Shown: one piece after another, positions 42,029 through 52,161 of the stretch
Layout: each line of letters opens with the position of its first letter
Position numbering within the stretch: position 1 is the first letter of the stretch
NCBI GenBank assembly: GCA_045632845.1
Contig: JAZQXL010000020.1
Span: forward strand, 99,386 to 163,385
From: Alphaproteobacteria bacterium
Lineage (GTDB): Bacteria > Pseudomonadota > Alphaproteobacteria > CAAHEQ01 > UBA3637
Direction of reading: 5' to 3'
Length of the DNA: 64,000 nucleotides
The notes under the pieces: generated by a model
Told to the model about the DNA's origin: nothing
What the model saw: only the letters and a program-made list of their open reading frames with translations
Database searches by the model: none
Position numbers and translations under genes: made by a program

Positions 42029-43513
42029 ATGACAACAAATTTAGTAGACTTACATATCAGTGAAGCATTAAAGCTTCTTGATAAAAAAGAGATTTCTTCT
42101 GTTGAATTAACAAAAGCTCATTTAGAAGAAATGGAAAAAGCTCGTTTTTTAAATGCATATATCACAGAAACACCAGAAATTGCTTTAGAACAAGCTGCAT
42201 TGAGTGATAAAAAAAGAGCTTCTGGCGAAAAAATTGGCAGATTAGAAGGTATTCCAATTGCAAATAAAGATTTGTATTGCACAAAAGGAATTAAAACAAC
42301 TGCTGCTTCAAAAATTCTTTCAAATTTTGTACCCCCTTATGAATCAACTGTTACCCAAAATTTAAAAGATGCAGGTACTGTTATGCTTGGTAAAGTAAAT
42401 ACAGACCAATTTGCAATGGGTGGTTCAACAATGACCAGTTATTTTGGTGTAACCAAAAACCCTTGGGCAGATGAAAATGGTGAATACAATTTAGTCCCAG
42501 GTGGCTCATCTGGTGGTTCTGCATCCGCTGTTAGCGCTGGTCTTTGTATGGGTGCAACAGGTTCTGATACTGGTGGATCCATTCGTCAACCAGCCTCTTT
42601 TTGCGGTATTACAGGGATTAAACCAACATATGGTCGTTGCTCACGTTATGGTATTGTTGCGTTCTCATCTTCATTAGATCAAGCAGGTCCAATGGCTCGT
42701 TCTGTTGAAGATTGCGCCCTCCTCCTTCGTGAAATGGCTGGATACGATCCAAAAGATTCAACTGTTGTTAACACAATGGTTCCAGATTATACAGCCGCTC
42801 TTACTGGTGACATCAAAGGTAAACGAATTGGTATTCCAAAAGAATATCGATCAAAAGATTTGAACCCAGAAATTGCAACAGCATGGGATAAAGGTATTGA
42901 ACTTCTTAAAAATGCAGGGGCTGAAATTGTTGAAATTTCATTACCACATACAAAATATGCATTGCCAGTCTATTACATTATCGCATGTGCTGAAGCATCA
43001 TCTAATCTTGCAAGGTATGATGGCGTTCGCTATACAACAAGAGTCGATGGTTCCTCTTTAGATCAAATGTATGAGAATACAAGAACTGACGGATTTGGCC
43101 CTGAGGTCGTCCGCAGAATACTCTTGGGCACCTTTGTGCTATCAGCTGGCTTCTACGACGCCTATTATACACGTGCACAACGTGTTAGACGCTTGATTTA
43201 TAACGATTTTATCACTGCTTTTGAAAATGTTGATGCAATCCTTGCACCAGCAGCTCCTTCAACAGCTCTTTCTTATGAAGCAATGCAAAACATGAGTCCG
43301 GTTGACACATATCTTGGTGACGTGTTTACAACACCTGCTTCATTAGCTGGCGTTCCATCTTTGGCATTACCTATCACTGTTGCACAAAACGGATTACCAA
43401 TCGGTTTACAAGTAATTGGAAAACATTTTGATGAAAACACAGTTTTCCAAGTTTCAGGTGTCTTAGAATCATTAGCTGGCTTTGACAAAAAACCACACCA
43501 TGTGAAAGGATAA
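42029..43513 (+). CDS. gatA: Glutamyl-tRNA(Gln) amidotransferase subunit A
   Basis: Amidase signature [37 protein letters not shown]. Confidence 0.95.
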   Translation: MTTNLVDLHISEALKLLDKKEISSVELTKAHLEEMEKARFLNAYITETPEIALEQAALSDKKRASGEKIGRLEGIPIANKDLYCTKGIKTTAASKILSNFVPPYESTVTQNLKDAGTVMLGKVNTDQFAMGGSTMTSYFGVTKNPWADENGEYNLVPGGSSGGSASAVSAGLCMGATGSDTGGSIRQPASFCGITGIKPTYGRCSRYGIVAFSSSLDQAGPMARSVEDCALLLREMAGYDPKDSTVVNTMVPDYTAALTGDIKGKRIGIPKEYRSKDLNPEIATAWDKGIELLKNAGAEIVEISLPHTKYALPVYYIIACAEASSNLARYDGVRYTTRVDGSSLDQMYENTRTDGFGPEVVRRILLGTFVLSAGFYDAYYTRAQRVRRLIYNDFITAFENVDAILAPAAPSTALSYEAMQNMSPVDTYLGDVFTTPASLAGVPSLALPITVAQNGLPIGLQVIGKHFDENTVFQVSGVLESLAGFDKKPHHVKG

Positions 43514-43517
43514 AATT

Positions 43518-44972
43518 ATGACCTATATTATCAAAGGAAATACAACTGACTGGGAATTGGTGATTGGTTTGGAAGTTCACTGCCAAATTATTTCAAACTC
43601 AAAAGTATTCTCAGGTGCTTCTGCAACTTTTGGCGCAGAACAAAACACTCATGTATCATTCATTGACGCAGCATTCCCTGGGATGTTACCTGTTGTGAAT
43701 GAAAAATGTATTGAGCAATGTGTCAAAACAGGGTTAGGATTAAATGCGGTTATCAACAAATATTCTAGATTTGACCGTAAAAACTATTTTTATGCCGATT
43801 TGCCACAAGGATACCAAATTAGCCAATTATACCACCCAATTGTTGGAGAAGGATATATTGAAGTTACAACAACAGAAGGCACAAGAAAAATTGGTGTAGA
43901 AAGACTTCATCTTGAACAAGATGCAGGTAAATCCATCCATGATATGCACCCTTCTAAGTCCTTTATTGACTTAAACCGTGCAGGTGTCGGTTTGATGGAA
44001 ATTGTTTCAAAACCTGATATGCATTCTCCTGAAGAAGCTGGCGAATATTTGCGACAACTCAGAGCAATCGTTAGAGCTTTGGGCACATGTGACGGCAATA
44101 TGGATGAAGGATCTATGCGTTGCGACGTTAATATTTCTGTTCGCCCTGTCGGTTCAAGTGAATTAAGACAACGTGTTGAAGTTAAAAATGTTAACTCAGT
44201 CCGATTTGTTATGCAAGCTATTGAAATTGAAGCAAACAGACAAATTGAATTATACGAAGCAGGTCAAACATTTACACAAGAAACACGTCTTTTTGACTCT
44301 GTAAATATGGAAACAAGGCCTATGCGTTCCAAAGAAAACGCTAATGATTACAGATACTTCCCAGATCCTGACTTACTTCCTGTTATCTTAACAGATGAAT
44401 ATATCGAAAACATTAAAAACAACTTACCAGAGTTGCCTGCAGCTAAGAAAAAACGATATATTGAAGAATTGGGATTAACACCTTATGATGCTGGTGTTTT
44501 AATTGCAGATAAAGAAACCGCTCTTTATTTTGAAACGGCAAGCCAAAATCAAGATCCTAAAAAAGTTGCAAACTGGATTATGGGTGATTTGTTTGGGTAT
44601 TTAAATAAATCAAACAAAAACATCACAGAAAGCCCTGTTTCTGCTCAAAACTTAGGTGCTTTGGTCGGACTTATCAATGATGGAACAATTTCAGGCAAAA
44701 TTGCAAAAGAAGTTTTTGAAATTATGGTTGAAACAGGAAAAGAACCTGCTGTCATCGTTGAAGAAAAAGGTTTAAAACAAGTTTCTGACACTGGAGCTAT
44801 TGAAGCGATGATTTCAGAAATTTTAGCAGCAAATCAAGATAAGGTAGCTGAAATCAAAGCAGGTAAAGATAAATTAAAAGGTTGGTTTGTTGGGCAAATA
44901 ATGAAAGCCTCACAAGGTAAAGTTAACCCTGCCCTTGCTAACCAGCTTTTAGATAAGAAACTCGCTGAATAA
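43518..44972 (+). CDS. gatB: Aspartyl/glutamyl-tRNA amidotransferase subunit B
   Basis: [13 protein letters not shown]...[20 protein letters not shown] and C-terminal GatB/YqeY domain. Confidence 0.95.
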   Translation: MTYIIKGNTTDWELVIGLEVHCQIISNSKVFSGASATFGAEQNTHVSFIDAAFPGMLPVVNEKCIEQCVKTGLGLNAVINKYSRFDRKNYFYADLPQGYQISQLYHPIVGEGYIEVTTTEGTRKIGVERLHLEQDAGKSIHDMHPSKSFIDLNRAGVGLMEIVSKPDMHSPEEAGEYLRQLRAIVRALGTCDGNMDEGSMRCDVNISVRPVGSSELRQRVEVKNVNSVRFVMQAIEIEANRQIELYEAGQTFTQETRLFDSVNMETRPMRSKENANDYRYFPDPDLLPVILTDEYIENIKNNLPELPAAKKKRYIEELGLTPYDAGVLIADKETALYFETASQNQDPKKVANWIMGDLFGYLNKSNKNITESPVSAQNLGALVGLINDGTISGKIAKEVFEIMVETGKEPAVIVEEKGLKQVSDTGAIEAMISEILAANQDKVAEIKAGKDKLKGWFVGQIMKASQGKVNPALANQLLDKKLAE

Positions 44973-45059
44973 GCTTTAAAACGCTTTTTAAGCTAAAAAA
45001 ACCATCAGACAGACTCTACTGGTGGTTTTTTTATATCTAAAATAAAAAATATTCATCAA

Positions 45060-45075
45060 TGTTTCACGTGAAACA
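45060..45075. promoter_or_regulatory. parS site (TGTTTCACGTGAAACA)
   Basis: Perfect 16-bp ParB-binding palindrome. Confidence 0.85.
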
Positions 45076-45090
45076 TTATACATAAAAAAG

Positions 45091-45099
45091 TTATCCACA
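45091..45099. promoter_or_regulatory. DnaA box TTATCCACA
   Basis: Perfect consensus 9-mer within the parS cluster downstream of parB. Confidence 0.5.
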
Positions 45100-45144
45100 G
45101 GCCCTGATGGTAATTAAATTTTTGTTTAACAAATAAAAAAAGAA

Positions 45145-45160
45145 TGTTTCACGTGAAACA
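45145..45160. promoter_or_regulatory. parS site inside a 30-bp extended palindrome (aagaatGTTTCACGTGAAACattctt)
   Basis: Perfect parS. The extended arms are identical to the copy at 47720. Confidence 0.85.
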
Positions 45161-45186
45161 TTCTTTTTTTTGTAATCGATTCTAAT

Positions 45187-45202
45187 TGTTTCACGTGGAA
45201 CA
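45187..45202. promoter_or_regulatory. parS-like site (TGTTTCACGTGGAACA, 1 mismatch)
   Basis: Sequence match. Confidence 0.7.
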
Positions 45203-45221
45203 TTTTTAATTTAGATTGAGT

Positions 45222-45237
45222 TGTTTCACGTGAAACA
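45222..45237. promoter_or_regulatory. parS site
   Basis: Perfect TGTTTCACGTGAAACA. Confidence 0.85.
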
Positions 45238-45240
45238 AAA

Positions 45241-45266
45241 AAAGAGCGATTTCTCGCTCTTTTTTA
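45241..45266 (-). terminator. Terminator after parB
   Basis: aaagagcgatttctcgctctttttt. Confidence 0.55.
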
Positions 45267-46154
45267 TTCAATAGGACCGCCTAAACTTAAGCGCTGAAGA
45301 ATTAAATCTAACTTATCCAAATCTAATCCAGAAATAACAACGGACCCTGTTAAACCATTCCATTTAATAGAAACAGATGTATTTAAAACACTGCTCAATT
45401 CTTCTTCTAATGTCAAAATATCACCATCTTTTTCTGGTTTTGGCTTAGCTTTTGATATTGTCTTTTTGGAGGCTAATTTTTCAGTTTGACGAACGCTATA
45501 GCCTTTTTTCAAAACTTCAGTGGCTAATTCAACAGGATTTTTTGCCGTTAAAAGAGCACGTGCATGGCCAACAGTTAATTCTTTTTTCTCAACCATCCCT
45601 TTGATTTCATCTGGCAAATCAATCAAACGCATCATATTTGCCAAATGACTACGGCTTTTACCAATCACTTTTGAAAGCTCTTCCTGAGTGTATTTAAACT
45701 CTTCTAAGAGGCGTTTATAAGCTTCAGCCTCTTCTAATGGGTTTAAATCTTCACGTTGAAGGTTTTCAATTAAAGCAACTTCTAAAGCATCTTTATCTGA
45801 AAAATCTTTAATAATTGCTGGAATTTCCTTAAGACCGGCCATTTTTGATGCTCTAAAGCGACGTTCTCCAGCAATCAATTCATATCCACCTTCTTTTTTA
45901 GGATCATTTCGAACCAAAAGAGGTTGTAAAACGCCTTTTTCTTTAATTGATAATACCAAATCAGCCAAAGCTTCTGTTGAAAAAACACGACGTGGTTGAT
46001 ATGGACTTGGAACAATATTGTCGATATTAATTAATGTTACACCATCTGAAGAAGCTTTTTCAGCACCTTTTTTTTCAGATACCTCAACGATATCGTCATC
46101 ATCTTCCCCCATCAAAGCACTTAAACCGCGCCCTAAACGCACATTTTTATCCAT
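45264..46154 (-). CDS. parB: Chromosome partitioning protein ParB
   Basis: ParB box GERRFRAS. HTH region. 296 aa. Follows parA with a 8-bp overlap. Confidence 0.92.
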   Translation of the reverse strand: MDKNVRLGRGLSALMGEDDDDIVEVSEKKGAEKASSDGVTLINIDNIVPSPYQPRRVFSTEALADLVLSIKEKGVLQPLLVRNDPKKEGGYELIAGERRFRASKMAGLKEIPAIIKDFSDKDALEVALIENLQREDLNPLEEAEAYKRLLEEFKYTQEELSKVIGKSRSHLANMMRLIDLPDEIKGMVEKKELTVGHARALLTAKNPVELATEVLKKGYSVRQTEKLASKKTISKAKPKPEKDGDILTLEEELSSVLNTSVSIKWNGLTGSVVISGLDLDKLDLILQRLSLGGPIE

Positions 46155-46932
46155 GGATTAAAAACTCCCTTTCTCTTTTTAAAACTTCTGCAGCTAATTT
46201 AATATAGCTTTGGGCCCCTGCACTCTTATAATCATACAACATAACAGGTATGCCATGTGATGGAGCCTCAGGAATCCGCACATTGCGTGGAATAAGTGTA
46301 TCATAAACTTGATCACCAAAAAACTCTTTAACATCACTTACAATAGACTTAGAAAGATTTGATCTTCCATCAAACATAGTCAAAACAATACCATGAACCT
46401 TCAATGATGGATTAAAATTCTTTTTAATTTTATTAATTGTTTTCATCAAATCTGCAACACCTTCAAGTGCTAAATACTCACATTGAACAGGAATAATCAC
46501 ACAATCAGAGGCTGCCAAAGCATTCATTGTTAACAAACCAACTGCAGGTGGACAATCAATAAAAATATAATCAAAATCATCAGCTTGTTCTAATGCTTTT
46601 TTTAAGTAAAATTGAGGTTTATCAGAACCAGCCAATTCAATATCGACGCCAAGCAATTCCTTACTTGCTGGCAATACATACAAATAAGGGATATCCGTTG
46701 CACAGATACAATCTTTTAAATTTTCACCGCCTACAAATACAGTATATGAATTCTTACTTCCCAAGCGTCTTTTGGCCCCAACACTAACTGTTGCGTTACC
46801 TTGTGGATCTAAATCAACAACCAAAACTTTCTTTTCTACAGCAGCCAAAGCTGTTGCTAAATTAATTGTTGTTGTTGTTTTACCGACACCACCTTTTTGA
46901 TTAGAAACAGAAAAAATTCGAGCTTTTTTCAT
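46147..46932 (-). CDS. parA: Chromosome partitioning ATPase ParA (Soj)
   Basis: Deviant Walker A NQKGGVGKTTTTINLA. 261 aa. Confidence 0.93.
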   Translation of the reverse strand: MKKARIFSVSNQKGGVGKTTTTINLATALAAVEKKVLVVDLDPQGNATVSVGAKRRLGSKNSYTVFVGGENLKDCICATDIPYLYVLPASKELLGVDIELAGSDKPQFYLKKALEQADDFDYIFIDCPPAVGLLTMNALAASDCVIIPVQCEYLALEGVADLMKTINKIKKNFNPSLKVHGIVLTMFDGRSNLSKSIVSDVKEFFGDQVYDTLIPRNVRIPEAPSHGIPVMLYDYKSAGAQSYIKLAAEVLKREREFLIHG

Positions 46933-47540
46933 AAATACTCAACCTCCGTTATTTTTAAAATACAACCATTTTTGTTTGTTTTACTTGTTATTTTTTCTTT
47001 TTTAAACCGAAAAGAAACTTCCTTTAACTCTGAATCAACAGACTCCCCTTTTAAAAGAAGGTATATTGTATCAGATTTATAAAAAGAAGCACCAAAATTC
47101 AGCAAAAGAGCTACAGAACCCAATGCGCGTGATGAAATAATATCAGCTTTAATATCTTTAATTTCTTCAATGCGCGCATTCAAAACTTCTAAATTTAAGC
47201 CTAAAACTCTGGAAACCTCTTTTAAAAAGACTGTTTTTTTATTATCACTTTCAATTAAAATTATTCTTTGTAATCCACCACTTAGCACTTTGTTTAAAAT
47301 AGCAACCACAACAGCAGGAAAACCACCACCAGAGCCCAAATCAACCAATGTTTTAGCATTTTTATTAATTTCAAAATAAAGTTGTGCAGAATCCAAAATA
47401 TGGCGCTCCCACAAAGAGTTCAACTCTTTGTTTGATACCAAATTCACAGCTTTTTGCCACTTTTTAACAAGCGCGACATATTGATTTAATAAATCCTGAG
47501 CTGGAAAAATTTGTTGTTCTAATTGTTTCACGTGAAACAT
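46929..47540 (-). CDS. rsmG: 16S rRNA (guanine527-N7)-methyltransferase RsmG (GidB)
   Basis: SAM motif LVDLGSGGGFPAVVVAI. Position upstream of parAB. Confidence 0.88.
   Translation of the reverse strand: MFHVKQLEQQIFPAQDLLNQYVALVKKWQKAVNLVSNKELNSLWERHILDSAQLYFEINKNAKTLVDLGSGGGFPAVVVAILNKVLSGGLQRIILIESDNKKTVFLKEVSRVLGLNLEVLNARIEEIKDIKADIISSRALGSVALLLNFGASFYKSDTIYLLLKGESVDSELKEVSFRFKKEKITSKTNKNGCILKITEVEYL
47524..47539. promoter_or_regulatory. parS site overlapping the rsmG start codon
   Basis: Perfect TGTTTCACGTGAAACA. The ATG of rsmG (CAT on +) lies inside/adjacent to it. Confidence 0.8.
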
Positions 47541-47627
47541 CCCCTTATTATTATCTTAACTAAACATTAACTTTTTTAAAAAAGGAATGCAAGTATTTTT
47601 TATAAAAAAAGAAAAAATACCACCTAA

Positions 47628-47643
47628 TGTTTCACGTGAAACA
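47628..47643. promoter_or_regulatory. parS site
   Basis: Perfect match. Confidence 0.85.
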
Positions 47644-47719
47644 CTGAAAATTAATAAAAAAGAATAAAATATTCTTATTTTTTTCTGATTACTTAGTGTT
47701 TCACATAATAAAAAAAGAA

Positions 47720-47735
47720 TGTTTCACGTGAAACA
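47720..47735. promoter_or_regulatory. parS site in extended palindrome (preceded by half-site TGTTTCAC at 47698)
   Basis: Perfect match. Flanks identical to 45139-45166. Confidence 0.85.
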
Positions 47736-47787
47736 TTCTTTTTTTAACGACAATTTTAATGACACATTTTAAAGATCATTTTTTTTA

Positions 47788-47803
47788 TGTTCCACGTGAA
47801 ACA
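47788..47803. promoter_or_regulatory. parS-like site (TGTTCCACGTGAAACA, 1 mismatch)
   Basis: Sequence match. Confidence 0.7.
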
Positions 47804-47841
47804 TAAAAAAAACACCCATTAAAGGGTGTTTTTTAACATTT

Positions 47842-48285
47842 TTAATTAAATATAAACTGAATACTGTTTAAATCATCGCAATCTTTTTTAACAAAACTAT
47901 TAATCTTAACTGTAACAGCTTCGGGTATAGCATTAACCAACATATCGCAGCGATCTTTATCAACATTTTTTAATTCAATAAAAAATTGATCATTATTAAT
48001 TCCGCCAATATTCCAGTCAAAAATTCCAAAATCATACTTGAAATCTTCTTTTTTCAAATTCATATAGTTACCCATAGATAACATACGAATGTCATGAACC
48101 AACAATTGAAGTTGTGCAATCAAAGAAACATCACTTACAACAGTTTTTTTAGCAAATTTAACCGTTTGTGAAACATTTTGAGTTTGTTGTGCAGCTTCTT
48201 TAACCGAGCCCATCGAACTCATTAATAGAAAAAAAAGCCCAACTCCCCCTAATAAGAAAACCAACAGTTTCATTCTATCCCCCAA
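47842..48285 (-). CDS. Hypothetical secreted protein
   Basis: Signal-peptide-like N-terminus LLVFLLGGVGLFFLLMSSMGS. 147 aa. Two Cys. Overlaps the dnaQ stop. Confidence 0.5.
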   Translation of the reverse strand: MGDRMKLLVFLLGGVGLFFLLMSSMGSVKEAAQQTQNVSQTVKFAKKTVVSDVSLIAQLQLLVHDIRMLSMGNYMNLKKEDFKYDFGIFDWNIGGINNDQFFIELKNVDKDRCDMLVNAIPEAVTVKINSFVKKDCDDLNSIQFIFN

Positions 48286-48965
48286 ATATTGTTTTTTATT
48301 TTTTTAACAAAATCAGCATGTTGCTCAATATCTTCACTCGATGCAGAAAAAGAACGAGGCTCCCTATATTCTTTTGCAAGTGTTTTAACATCCCTCAACA
48401 CTTGTTGCACCTGCTTACTCTCACTCTTTTTTTCTAAAACCAACCCAGGTTGACGTCCACCAATTAACTCTAAATAAACTTCAGCGAGCAATTCACTATC
48501 AAGCAAAGCTCCGTGAAACGTACGTGCAGAATTATCAATGTGAAATTTCTTACAAAGCTCGTTTAAATTAACTCGTGAACCAGGAAACCGTTTTTTCGCC
48601 AAAACAACAGTATCAATCACCCTATCAAAGGATAAAGGCTCCTTTCCAACCCATGAAAGTTCCGCATTCAAAAATTTCATATCAAAGGGAGCATTATGGG
48701 CAATTAACGTTGAATCTGAGCCAATAAATGTCAAAAAATCATCCGCAATTTCTCGAAATGTAGGCTTGTCAGACAAAAATTCTTCTGTCAAACCGTGTAC
48801 AGCGACGACTTCCTCGCTCATAGAGCGCTCAGGATTGATATATTGATGATAGACATTTCCTGTTGGAACGTGATTAACTAATTCAACACACCCAATTTCA
48901 ACAATACGATCACCTTGAAAAGGATCTAAACCAGTTGTTTCAGTATCAAAAACTATTTCTCTCAT
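48270..48965 (-). CDS. dnaQ: DNA polymerase III epsilon subunit (3'-5' exonuclease)
   Basis: Exo I MREIVFDTETTGLDP. Exo II and Exo III (HGALLDSELLAEVY). Confidence 0.9.
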   Translation of the reverse strand: MREIVFDTETTGLDPFQGDRIVEIGCVELVNHVPTGNVYHQYINPERSMSEEVVAVHGLTEEFLSDKPTFREIADDFLTFIGSDSTLIAHNAPFDMKFLNAELSWVGKEPLSFDRVIDTVVLAKKRFPGSRVNLNELCKKFHIDNSARTFHGALLDSELLAEVYLELIGGRQPGLVLEKKSESKQVQQVLRDVKTLAKEYREPRSFSASSEDIEQHADFVKKIKNNIWGIE

Positions 48966-49733
48966 TTACAAAACTCTAAAAGTTATAAACATATGCTATT
49001 ATAATTGAAAAGAATTTAGATATCAAGTAGAAAAAACAGACTCGGGATAAAATGAAAAAAACATAGATATTCAATAGGTTAAGACTGTTTCTAAAAAGCA
49101 CATTTTTAATAAAAGTAATCAAAAACATCCAAAACGACGTAGTATAGAGAAATCAAGGCTTTCCTGTGGATAAAAAAAATTCCTGTGGATAAGTGAGGAT
49201 TCAAAAAATAATTTTAATTTTATACCGAAACACACTTATTTTATTCACACCCCAAAACTACAAATAAGTTAAAATAAAAAGAATCGGAAAAGTAAGATTC
49301 GAACTTGAAAATATCCGAGTCGGGACTATATCAAAAAACAGTCAATAAAAATAAAAAAAAGTTATGCACAATATCCACAATATATACTAATAAAAAATTA
49401 TTTATTTTAAATAAGATTAGAATGGTTTTATGTGAATTCTTTCACACATCTGTTTTGAAAAAAATGCTTGCGATTTAAAAAAAAGATTGTTACGTTAAAA
49501 TTATCGAAGATGAAAAAACAATCTTCCTCTCTTCACTCCTTGTTTTTTCAAAATCGTTTTTCTGGATAACAAAAAATCTTAACTTTGTGATTATTTTTAC
49601 ACCAAAAGAGATACCTCTTTATTTTTATGTTTTGCAAAAAGAAGAGGTTAAAAAATTAAATTTATAAGAACAGAGTGAATGTTAAAAAATGTTTGAAAGA
49701 ATATAATTTAGTGTTTGAATGATATATTAAAAT
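48966..49733. promoter_or_regulatory. Candidate chromosomal replication origin (oriC): AT-rich intergenic region with clustered DnaA boxes
   Basis: Two perfect TGTGGATAA boxes (49166-49174, 49184-49192), each inside a 13-bp direct repeat ttcctgtggataa. Near-consensus boxes TTATGCACA/ATATCCACA (49362-49379) and TCTGGATAA (49561-49569). Long A/T runs. No ORF of 60 aa or more. ~1.2 kb from the parS cluster. Confidence 0.5.
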
Positions 49734-50657
49734 TTAGCCTTCTTTATTTAATAAATATTTTTCAACACTAAGAGCTGCTATTGCACCACTACCTGCTGAT
49801 ATAATAGCTTGCTTGTATTTTTCTTCTTGCACATCTCCGCAGGCAAAAACACCTTCTATAGATGTTTCCATTGTTCGTTTGCTTGTTTTTATATATCCAT
49901 GAGCTGTTGTCTGTAGTTGATTGTTTAAAAAGGCGGTATTCGGAGCTGTTCCAATAGCTTCAAACACACCATTTATAGACAATTGAAAAATCTCATTGCT
50001 TTTTAAGTTCCTCAGTTTTATTGATGAAAGTTTATTTTCTCCAATAAATTCAATAACTTCAGTATTGTATAAAATTTCAATTTTGGGGTTGTGGATAACT
50101 TTTTCTTGTATTTTTGTTTCCCCTTTAAAGGATTTGTTTTTGTTAATTAAAAAAACTTTTTCAGCCACATTTGCTAAAAATTGGGCTTCATAAAGAGCGC
50201 TATTTCCACCCCCAATAACAGCGACAATTTTATTTTTATAAAAAAATCCATCACAGGTTGCGCAGATAGAAATACCCTTCCCTTTAAATTTATCTTCTCC
50301 AAGCGATTTTAACCACTTTGGAGAGGCCCCAGTAGCAATAATAATTGTATCCGCAGTTCCTTTCAAAGCTCCTCTAGATTCGAATTTAAATGGCTTTTTT
50401 GATAAATCTAAAGTAACAATCTCATCTTGGATAACATTTACACCTACTTTTGTTGCCTGTGAGTGCATTTTTTCCATCAATTCAACACCTGTTATGAGTT
50501 CAAAACCAGGGAAGTTTTCAACCTCGTTTGTTCTTGTTAGTTGTCCACCAATGGTGCTTCCTGTTATAAGGGTTGTCTGTATCCCAGCTCTTGTTGTGTA
50601 TATTCCAGCTGTATAACCAGCAGGGCCTGATCCAATAATTAAAACAGATGTATGCAT
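49734..50657 (-). CDS. trxB: Thioredoxin-disulfide reductase
   Basis: FAD site VLIIGSGPAGYTAG. Redox-active CATCDG. NADPH site GGGNSA. Start at the MHTS Met. Confidence 0.9.
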   Translation of the reverse strand: MHTSVLIIGSGPAGYTAGIYTTRAGIQTTLITGSTIGGQLTRTNEVENFPGFELITGVELMEKMHSQATKVGVNVIQDEIVTLDLSKKPFKFESRGALKGTADTIIIATGASPKWLKSLGEDKFKGKGISICATCDGFFYKNKIVAVIGGGNSALYEAQFLANVAEKVFLINKNKSFKGETKIQEKVIHNPKIEILYNTEVIEFIGENKLSSIKLRNLKSNEIFQLSINGVFEAIGTAPNTAFLNNQLQTTAHGYIKTSKRTMETSIEGVFACGDVQEEKYKQAIISAGSGAIAALSVEKYLLNKEG

Positions 50658-50740
50658 TGTATCCCTCATAAAAAAAACTCCCTCTACAAATAATATCAAA
50701 AAAGATACCATTTCAAGAGGGGGTTTTTAATCAATAAATA

Positions 50741-51217
50741 TTAAATAAATTGAACGTTTAAAATTTCGTAAGATTTTTCACCTTTTGGTGTGACAACATC
50801 AACGAAATCCCCTTTATTTTTTCCAATTAATGCTCTTGCGATTGGAGATAATAAAGAAATGTGGCCTTTTTCAAGATTTGCTTCATATTGGCCAACAATT
50901 TGATATGAATGTTGAGAGCCTGTTTCTGAATCTTCCAACGTGACTGTGGCCCCAAAAAGAACTTTATCCCCTGAAAGAGATTTAATGTCAATAACTTGTG
51001 CTCTTGCAAGTGCACTTTCTAATTCCATAATACGGCCTTCATTAAAACTTTGTTGTTCACGAGCTGAATGGTATTCTGCATTTTCTGATAAATCGCCATG
51101 ACCACGAGCCTCTTCAATAGCTGCAACAATACGAGGACGTTCTTCAAATTTTAAACGTTTTAACTCTGTGGATAAATTTTCATAACCATTTGATGTCATT
51201 GGTATTTTTTCTTCCAT
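50741..51217 (-). CDS. greA: Transcription elongation factor GreA
   Basis: [23 protein letters not shown]...[16 protein letters not shown]. Confidence 0.92.
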   Translation of the reverse strand: MEEKIPMTSNGYENLSTELKRLKFEERPRIVAAIEEARGHGDLSENAEYHSAREQQSFNEGRIMELESALARAQVIDIKSLSGDKVLFGATVTLEDSETGSQHSYQIVGQYEANLEKGHISLLSPIARALIGKNKGDFVDVVTPKGEKSYEILNVQFI

Positions 51218-51348
51218 AATACACCCTTTCTTTAATTTTTTTATTAAAAAATAAAACTACGGTTGTTCAGCCGTAGCTTCTTAAACTCCTATCTGATAAT
51301 TGAATTATATGTTTTTTTTATTTAAAAAGCAAGTGTTTAAATAATTTT

Positions 51349-52161
51349 TTATTTTGAACAATTAAAATCCTCGATTTGTTGTTCTGGATCAAGTCGTGTT
51401 CCATACCATGTTATAGTGTAATGAAGGTGTGGTCCAGTTGATCTTCCTGTGTTTCCAATTTCTGCAATTATGTCTCCTTTTTTTACAACAGCTCCTTCTT
51501 TTACTGAAATTTTATTTAAATGTGAATAACTTGAGAATAAGCCATATCCATGATTAATTAAGAGTGTTTTTCCAGACAAAAACATGTCGTTATGAGCAAG
51601 TGCAACAACACCATCTGCTGGTGCATATAAAGGTGTTCCAATAGGTGCTGCATAATCTACACCGCTGTGACCTGCTTTTTTAATATTATTTAAAATTCTT
51701 CTTGCACCAAAAGGGCTTGAAATACGTTTAAATTTTTTAACAGGTCTTTCAAAACATGTTGGGAAAAAAGATGTATTCATTCTACCTCTTGCTTCTCTAA
51801 GGAGTTGATTTTCTTGTTGAATTCGTTTTGTGTTTTTGTTTGAAGGGGTTACTTTTTCTGGTTGAAGACCTGTAACAATCTCTTCTTTCCACTTTCTTTT
51901 TTCGACAGAAAACTTTTTAATTTCTTTTTCCCCGTTTGAATGAATAAGTGTGAGATTTAATATTGTTGAATCTTGTGGAAGACCAAAGAAAAATTTCCCC
52001 TTTTTTGTTGGTATAATTTCAGTTGAGCCAATCAAAAGTTTTTCATCTTTGTTCAGTTGACCATAAATAAGAGCACCTTCCTGAATTTTTGATGTTATTT
52101 CAAAAGAAAAAACTGAAAAACTATAAAAACATCCAATTAAAAGAGGTAGGTATTTTTTCAT
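51349..52161 (-). CDS. M23-family (LytM-type) peptidase, secreted
   Basis: Signal peptide. HSGVDYAAPIGTPLYAPADG and GNTGRSTGPHLHY (HxxxD and HxH motifs). Confidence 0.8.
   Translation of the reverse strand: MKKYLPLLIGCFYSFSVFSFEITSKIQEGALIYGQLNKDEKLLIGSTEIIPTKKGKFFFGLPQDSTILNLTLIHSNGEKEIKKFSVEKRKWKEEIVTGLQPEKVTPSNKNTKRIQQENQLLREARGRMNTSFFPTCFERPVKKFKRISSPFGARRILNNIKKAGHSGVDYAAPIGTPLYAPADGVVALAHNDMFLSGKTLLINHGYGLFSSYSHLNKISVKEGAVVKKGDIIAEIGNTGRSTGPHLHYTITWYGTRLDPEQQIEDFNCSK

Noticed and set aside
45060-47803. Repeated 16-bp elements that might have suggested a CRISPR array
   Set aside because: Units are perfect palindromes matching the ParB parS consensus. Spacing is irregular (40-100 bp, split by three genes). 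No cas genes are present.
49290-49335. tRNA-like fragment (aagattcgaacttgaaaatatccgagtcgggac) in the putative origin region
   Set aside because: Only a T-arm-like motif is recognisable. No acceptor or anticodon stems, so it is at most a decayed remnant.
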